A stretch of DNA of 48,611 nucleotides from positions 1-48,611 of the forward strand of contig CAYRTQ010000002.1 of assembly GCA_964426865.1 (NCBI GenBank). The letters run 5' to 3'. The notes below the pieces were generated by a model. The model searched no databases and had not been told where the DNA came from. It worked only from the letters and a program-made list of their open reading frames with translations. Source of the stretch: an uncultured bacterium (GTDB lineage: Bacteria > Latescibacterota > Latescibacteria > Latescibacterales > Latescibacteraceae). Shown one piece after another: positions 43,748 through 48,611 of this stretch. A program made the position numbers and the translations under genes. Each line of letters begins with the position of its first letter. Positions within the stretch are counted from its first letter, which is position 1.

Positions 43748-45868
43748 ATGAATCTGTATAAGAAGACGATCTTCTTCGTGTGCCTGGTATTTGTTCTCCT
43801 GACTTCCATTCTGTATTTTACCGCGCATTTTGTTGTCCTCCACGGTTTCCGCGCTCTGGAGAGCAGATACGTCCTCCAGAGCGTCCGGTACATGCATGGC
43901 GCCATTCTCGGACGCCTCTCACAATTGAGCGTCACCAGCGCCGACTGGGCGGAATGGGACGACACCTATACATTCGCTCGTCGTGAAAACCCCGGGTACA
44001 TCCAGCGCAATCTCATGGATTCCACCTTTCCCACCCTGGGTCTCAACCTTATCCTTTTCGTTTCCCCCGATGGAAATATCCTGCATGCGAAAGCGTATGA
44101 TCTGGACGCTGGCCGGGAAATCCCCCTTCCCGAAGGGTTCAGGGCGCATCTGAAACCGGGGAGTCCCCTGCTTCGGCCCTCCCCGGGGAATGGGATGTCC
44201 GGAATGCTCCGGATTCCGGATGGTCTCCTGCTCATTGTTTCCCGGGCAATCCTTACCAGCGAAAAAGCAGGGCCTTCCCCGGGGGTTATGATCATGGCCA
44301 GATTCCTCGATTCCGGGGAGACCGGCGAAATTTCACGCCTCATCCATCACCCGGTGACCTTCCTGCCGGTGCGTGAGGGAACGCTTTCGCCGGATATGGC
44401 GGATCTCTTGTTTCGGGTCACGAATCAACAGTCCCCGGTTGTCCAATCGAAAGACGAAGATACTGTTTACGGGTACCTTCTCCTCAAGGATATCTACGGG
44501 AAACCCGTGGCGATCAGCCGGGTGGACATGGACCGGGACATATACCGTCAGGGCAGGCATATCCTGTATCAGCTTTTCCTGTATCTTCTCCTCGTTGCCG
44601 TGGTTTTCGGCGGGCTGGCCACGCTCATGATGGAACGTGGAATCCTTGCGCGTCTGTCCCGTCTCATCCGGGATGTCCGGGCGATCGGCTCGCAGGGTGA
44701 TATGTCCGGACGGCTGACTGTCGAGGGGAAGGATGAAATCACCGCTTTTGCCTTCGAAATGAACCGCATGATGGAATCGCTCCAGTCGGCGCAGGAGAAA
44801 CTGCTGGTCAGTGAGGAACGGATGCGGGCGCAGTACCGGGGAATTCCCCTTCCCACGGTCACCTGGCGGAAAACCGGCGGGGATTACGAGCTTGTCGATT
44901 GCAACGACGCCATGACCGAGATGACCGGGGGAAAGATCGCGTATGTTCTCGGAATGTCCGCGAGCGCTCTTTTGCATGAACGGCCCGCTCTCGCCGAAGC
45001 TTTCGAACGGTGCAGCCGGGAACGGACAAAGGTGGTCCTGGAAAAACGCGAAAAACCGCTTGCCATGGAAAATGAGCGGTTCCTGCGGTACTCCCTCAAT
45101 TGTATTCCCCCCGATCTGGTCATCCTCCATGTGGAGGATATCACCGAGCGGAAGCAGGCGGAAACGAAGCTGCTCTCCATGCAGCGGAAACTCCGCTCCC
45201 TGGCGTCGGAACTCTCCATCGCCGAGGAACGGGAGCGCCGGAGAGTGGCCATGCACCTTCACGACGGAATCGGCCATGTGCTCGCCCTCTGCCAGTTCCG
45301 GCTGGAAGCGCTCCAGGAAAAGGCTCCCGAAGAGATCCGCCCCGAACTGGAGGAGATTCGCGACGCCGTGGTCTCGGCAATCAACGAAACCCGGTCGCTT
45401 ACCTTCCAGTTGTGTCCTCCCGTGCTCTACGATCTTGGGCTCGCCGCCGCTCTGGACTGGCTTGGAGAGCAAACCTCTCGAAAACACGGCCTGCCGGTCA
45501 AGGTGCGGGAGGAAACCGGGACGCCCAGGCTCGAAACGGATCTCCGGGCGCTGCTGTTCCAGTCGGTCCGGGAACTGCTTTTCAATGTGGTCAAGCACGC
45601 CGAGGCGAAAACCGCCACCATCACCATCCGTCCCGAAAACAATTGTGTTCTGGTGACGGTGGAGGATGACGGCCGCGGATTCGATGTCGTGGGGATCGAC
45701 GCTCCGGGCGAGGAAACCGGGTTCGGTCTTTTCAATATTCGCGAGCGGCTGAACCATATCGGCGGAAACCTGGACATCTATTCCGTCGCCGGCGAGGGCA
45801 CGCGGGTGATCCTGACCGCGCCCCTCCAGCGGAGGCGGGGAACGAAGCATGAAACGCTCCGGGAGTGA
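43748..45868 (+). CDS. Membrane sensor histidine kinase: CHASE4-like sensor, HAMP, PAS, HisKA_3, HATPase_c
   Basis: TM1 is IFFVCLVFVLLTSILYFTAHFVV. The extracytoplasmic ~250 aa contain ..SADWAEWDDTYTF.. (CHASE4-like as I recall it). TM2 is LFLYLLLVAVVFGGLATLMM. The H-box is RRRVAMHLHDGIGHVLA (HisKA_3/NarX type). ATPase boxes: LLFNVVKHA, DDGRGF, GFGLFNIRER. No response regulator is adjacent. Confidence 0.85.
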   Translation: MNLYKKTIFFVCLVFVLLTSILYFTAHFVVLHGFRALESRYVLQSVRYMHGAILGRLSQLSVTSADWAEWDDTYTFARRENPGYIQRNLMDSTFPTLGLNLILFVSPDGNILHAKAYDLDAGREIPLPEGFRAHLKPGSPLLRPSPGNGMSGMLRIPDGLLLIVSRAILTSEKAGPSPGVMIMARFLDSGETGEISRLIHHPVTFLPVREGTLSPDMADLLFRVTNQQSPVVQSKDEDTVYGYLLLKDIYGKPVAISRVDMDRDIYRQGRHILYQLFLYLLLVAVVFGGLATLMMERGILARLSRLIRDVRAIGSQGDMSGRLTVEGKDEITAFAFEMNRMMESLQSAQEKLLVSEERMRAQYRGIPLPTVTWRKTGGDYELVDCNDAMTEMTGGKIAYVLGMSASALLHERPALAEAFERCSRERTKVVLEKREKPLAMENERFLRYSLNCIPPDLVILHVEDITERKQAETKLLSMQRKLRSLASELSIAEERERRRVAMHLHDGIGHVLALCQFRLEALQEKAPEEIRPELEEIRDAVVSAINETRSLTFQLCPPVLYDLGLAAALDWLGEQTSRKHGLPVKVREETGTPRLETDLRALLFQSVRELLFNVVKHAEAKTATITIRPENNCVLVTVEDDGRGFDVVGIDAPGEETGFGLFNIRERLNHIGGNLDIYSVAGEGTRVILTAPLQRRRGTKHETLRE

Positions 45869-46120
45869 GCCGGAGAAGAATGCGCCATAGTTCCACGGAA
45901 TATACGGCGGGGGGAAGTCCCGTGCGGGGTATTGGGAGAGGCCGGAGGGATGTTTCCTCGCGAATTCGCTGACTTTGCAGAAAGCATTTCCCGCTTCCGA
46001 TGTGACATCCCCGGTCATTGACTGCCAAAACCGCCCATCCTCCCTGTTCACCAGACCTCAATATCCTCAGTCAAATACACCCTTCGGGCGGGAATTATTT
46101 TTCCTGTCTTTTACGAGGGG

Positions 46121-46188
46121 ATTTTATTACATTTCAAGTATGATATTGATTGTTATGTATATATAAAGTATTGTTGACAATTGGCGTC
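46121..46188. other. AT-rich island upstream of kaiC (possible promoter TTGATT-N17-TATTGT at 46146-46174)
   Basis: attttattacatttcaagtatgatattgattgttatgtatatataaagtattgttgacaa. The promoter call is weak because many hexamers fit in AT-rich DNA. Confidence 0.4.
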
Positions 46189-46380
46189 AGGGGCGCGCTG
46201 ATCACCATTCGCGCCAGGCATGCCTCGCCGGTCACCGGGAACGGCTCGGTACGGATTTCCCCGCATGGCTTCGCGGCATCACACCCCGGATCAGGAGCAA
46301 CCCTCCGGCCTGGAAACGGAAGCCCGTTTTCACGCAGCGATACCCCGCTTTTTCCTCGGAGAAAGGATAGAACCGGAATC

Positions 46381-48120
46381 ATGCCCAAGGCGAACATGAA
46401 CCCGAAAGGGAAAAAGACCTTGCACGGTCTGGAGAAAGTCCCCACCGGCATCGTCGGAGTAGATGAAATCACCGGGGGGGGATTGCCCAGGGGACGGCCC
46501 ACGCTGGTCTGCGGGAACGCCGGCTGCGGCAAAACCCTCTTTTCCATGGAATTTATCGTTCACGGCGCCATGGAGTTCGATGAGCCGGGTGTATTCATGG
46601 CTTTCGAGGAGCGTGCGGAGGAACTGACCGTAAATGTCGCCTCCCTGGGATACGATCTGGATGACCTGGTCGCCCGCAACAAGATGGCGCTCGATTATGT
46701 CCAGGTGGATCGCAGCGAGATAGAGGAGGCGGGCGAGTACGATCTGGAGGGATTGTTCGTACGGCTGGGATACGCCATCGATACCATCGGGGCGAAACGG
46801 GTGGTCCTGGACAGCCTGGAAACCATCTTCACCGGGTTCCTCGATACCGCTCTCCTCCGGGCGGAACTCCGCCGTCTCTTCCGCTGGATGAAAGATCGGG
46901 GGGTGACCGCCATTGTCACCGCGGAGCGGAGCGACAACAGTCCCGGGCTCACCCGGTATGGCATCGAGGAGTTCGTCGCGGATTGCGTCATCCTCCTCGA
47001 CAACCGGGTGGTGGAACAGGTTTCCACCCGCCGTCTGCGGGTGGTCAAGTATCGCGGCTCTTACCACGGCGCCAACGAGTATCCCTTCCTGATCGGGGAT
47101 CGGGGCATCTCCGTGCTGCCCATCACCACGCTCGGGCTGGATTATCCGGTGTCCGGGGAGCGGATTTCAACCGGGGTTTCCCGTCTGGACGCCATGTTCG
47201 GCGGCGGGGGGTATTACCGGGGAAGCACCGTTCTCATTTCCGGGACCGCGGGAACGGGCAAATCCAGTCTTGCCGCGGCTTTTGTCGAGGCGGCCTGCAA
47301 ACGCGGCGAACGGAGCCTCTATTTCTCGTTCGAGGAATCGCCGGAACAGATTGTCCGGAACATGCGCTCCATCGGCCTCGATCTCAAACCGTATGTGGAC
47401 CGGGGATTGCTCGAATTCCGGTCGATTCGGCCCACCCTGTACGGGCTGGAAATGCATCTCCTGACCATCCATGAAGCGGTGGGACGGTTCAAGCCGAGCG
47501 TGGTCGTGTTCGATCCGCTCACCGGGTTCGCCTCCGTGGGGCGACCCCTGGAGATCAAGGCCATGCTCTCCCGTCTCATCGATTATTTCAAGATGAACCA
47601 GATTACCGCGCTTTTCACCAGCCTCACCTCCGGAGAGTGTCGGGACGAAACCATGGAAACCACCGAGACGGAGGTTTCCTCGCTCATCGACACCTGGATT
47701 CTCCTGCGGAATGTGGAGCAGAACGGAGAGCGGAACCGTACCCTGTACATCCTGAAATCACGCGGCATGGCCCACTCCAACCAGGTGCGGGAATTCGTGC
47801 TGTCCAGCGGGGGAATCCGGCTGGAGGATGTGTACATCGGTCCGGGGATGGTGCTCACCGGCTCGGCGAGAAGGGCGCAGGAAGAGCGGGAACGCGAGGA
47901 AAGCCGGAAGAAAGAGCAGGAGTCCGCGCGCCGTATACAGGAACTGGAGCGGAAACGAAAGGCGCTCGAAGAGCAGAAATCCGCGCTGGAAACCGAGATG
48001 GAAGAAACTGCGCGGGACCTGGAACAGATTACCGCCCGGGAACGGCAGGCCGAAGAATCGGAATCGCGGCGGAGTGAGGAAATGTCCCTGCGGCGGGATG
48101 CGGATGTGGCCGGAACATGA
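46381..48120 (+). CDS. kaiC: KaiC-family double RecA-like ATPase with ~90-aa charged C-terminal extension
   Basis: Start at MPKANMNPKGKK (the ORF-track upstream 77 codons look non-coding). CI Walker A is GNAGCGKT with EE pair AFEER. CII Walker A is GTAGTGKS with SFEES. The phosphosite-region homologue is TEVSSLIDTWILLRNVE..ILKSRGMAHSNQVREF. The tail reads ..EEREREESRKKEQESARRIQELERKRKALEEQKSALETEMEE... Confidence 0.85.
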   Translation: MPKANMNPKGKKTLHGLEKVPTGIVGVDEITGGGLPRGRPTLVCGNAGCGKTLFSMEFIVHGAMEFDEPGVFMAFEERAEELTVNVASLGYDLDDLVARNKMALDYVQVDRSEIEEAGEYDLEGLFVRLGYAIDTIGAKRVVLDSLETIFTGFLDTALLRAELRRLFRWMKDRGVTAIVTAERSDNSPGLTRYGIEEFVADCVILLDNRVVEQVSTRRLRVVKYRGSYHGANEYPFLIGDRGISVLPITTLGLDYPVSGERISTGVSRLDAMFGGGGYYRGSTVLISGTAGTGKSSLAAAFVEAACKRGERSLYFSFEESPEQIVRNMRSIGLDLKPYVDRGLLEFRSIRPTLYGLEMHLLTIHEAVGRFKPSVVVFDPLTGFASVGRPLEIKAMLSRLIDYFKMNQITALFTSLTSGECRDETMETTETEVSSLIDTWILLRNVEQNGERNRTLYILKSRGMAHSNQVREFVLSSGGIRLEDVYIGPGMVLTGSARRAQEEREREESRKKEQESARRIQELERKRKALEEQKSALETEMEETARDLEQITARERQAEESESRRSEEMSLRRDADVAGT

Positions 48121-48242
48121 AAGGCGCCGTATCGATATCGGGAAAGGGACCGGGGGGCTGAAACTGTCTGCCGTTCGGACATCTGCAAAGACGAAGGCGG
48201 TGTATTCTCCATCGCCGCGGACCCTCACCCGGCCTGCGGCCA

Positions 48243-48278
48243 CCCTCTCCCCCGCGAAATGACGCGCGGGCGAGGGAG
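48243..48278 (+). repeat. Palindromic unit B1 (inverted partner at 48511-48548)
   Basis: ccctctcccccgcgaaatgacgcgcgggcgagggag is itself a hairpin. Its reverse complement matches 48511-48548 at roughly 85%. Confidence 0.75.
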
Positions 48279-48317
48279 AAGAGCGCTTCCGCAAGGCGTG
48301 AGAAGAATATACTCGTG

Positions 48318-48440
48318 CCTTGTCAACTGGATAGTGTTGGGATTGCACTTCGACACTTCGACAGGCTCAGCACCTACCGCTGGCTGAGCTTGTCGAAGCC
48401 AGCCAACCGAAGATTACACCCTTTCCGGTTGATAGAGTAC
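48318..48440 (+). repeat. MITE-like hairpin repeat, copy A3 (shortened, right end diverged)
   Basis: gccttgtcaactggatagtgttgggattgcacttcgacacttcgacaggctcagcacctaccgctggctgagcttgtcgaagccagcc.. has the same left end and hairpin arms as A1/A2. The loop is shorter and the right boundary is uncertain. Confidence 0.7.
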
Positions 48441-48510
48441 CCGCTCAATAAGGAGCATTCTTCTTACATCTTTGCGTTTGTCCCCGACCATCTTTTGACA
48501 AGTCCTCCTT

Positions 48511-48548
48511 TCCCTCTCGCCCGCGCGTCATTATGCGTGGGAGAGAGG
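48511..48548 (-). repeat. Palindromic unit B2 (inverted copy of B1)
   Basis: tccctctcgcccgcgcgtcattatgcgtgggagagagg. Confidence 0.75.
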
Positions 48549-48556
48549 CCGGGGAG

Positions 48557-48611
48557 TGATACCAAGTTTGAATCAATCTCCGTAGCAAAGGCAGCCCCCT
48601 TTCCGGCCTTC
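48557..48611 (-). repeat. Short repeat C, copy 2, truncated by the window edge
   Basis: It is the reverse complement of 38657-38711 with one mismatch (aagttt vs aaattt). Confidence 0.85.

Noticed and set aside
46189-46380. Possible c-di-GMP (GEMM-I-like) riboswitch upstream of kaiC because of ..GGAGCAACCCTCCGGCCTGG.. resembling ..GCAAAGCCTCCGGCC..
   Set aside because: Only one short segment resembles the class. I could not find the paired GNRA-tetraloop/receptor hairpins or the conserved ..GGGCAAACC.. half. It is left as an unclassified leader.

Overview
The window reads as one GC-rich bacterial contig (by eye about 60-65% G+C). All calls come from motifs read in the supplied translations and sequence; no search was run. 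Three proteins end in T9SS-type C-terminal sorting domains. The initiator-tRNA promoter is a textbook TTGACA-N17-TATATT. Together these suggest an uncultured FCB-type lineage outside Bacteroidia (inference). Layout:
(1) nt 1-177 is an AT-rich foreign-looking fragment (AhpF-like thioredoxin fold) that abuts a 3'-truncated recJ.
(2) A minus-strand housekeeping block follows: recJ, an OM beta-barrel, rsmA, tatD, metG, ricT/PSP1, holB and an acidic low-complexity protein.
(3) A PD-(D/E)xK nuclease::XPD/DinG-like Fe-S helicase fusion is followed by exbB-exbD-exbD with no tonB.
(4) A secreted/T9SS cargo group: a GH-like protein and two paralogous beta-helix proteins, one of 1181 aa with internal repeats.
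(5) A roughly 16-kb Wzx/Wzy polysaccharide locus (23.8-39.9 kb). It has two FemAB-like transferases, two Wzx flippases, AsnB, a deacetylase, three GTs, a priming sugar transferase, an IS66-family remnant and a Cys-rich partner protein.
(6) A tandem pair of lipoprotein genes shares a 258-bp identical tract and conserved leader palindromes.
(7) tRNA-fMet with promoter and terminator.
(8) An orphan CHASE4-PAS-HisKA_3 kinase and a stand-alone KaiC homologue with a long coiled-coil-like tail.
(9) A MITE-like hairpin repeat family (3 copies), nested palindromic repeats at the 3' end, and several very AT-rich islands upstream of surface or regulatory genes.
No rRNA, CRISPR array or intact mobile element was seen. 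The candidates I rank highest for something undescribed are the KaiC/kinase pair, the duplicated Cys-His lipoprotein module with its structured leaders, the FemAB/AsnB-decorated polysaccharide locus, and the nuclease-helicase next to a TonB-less stator.
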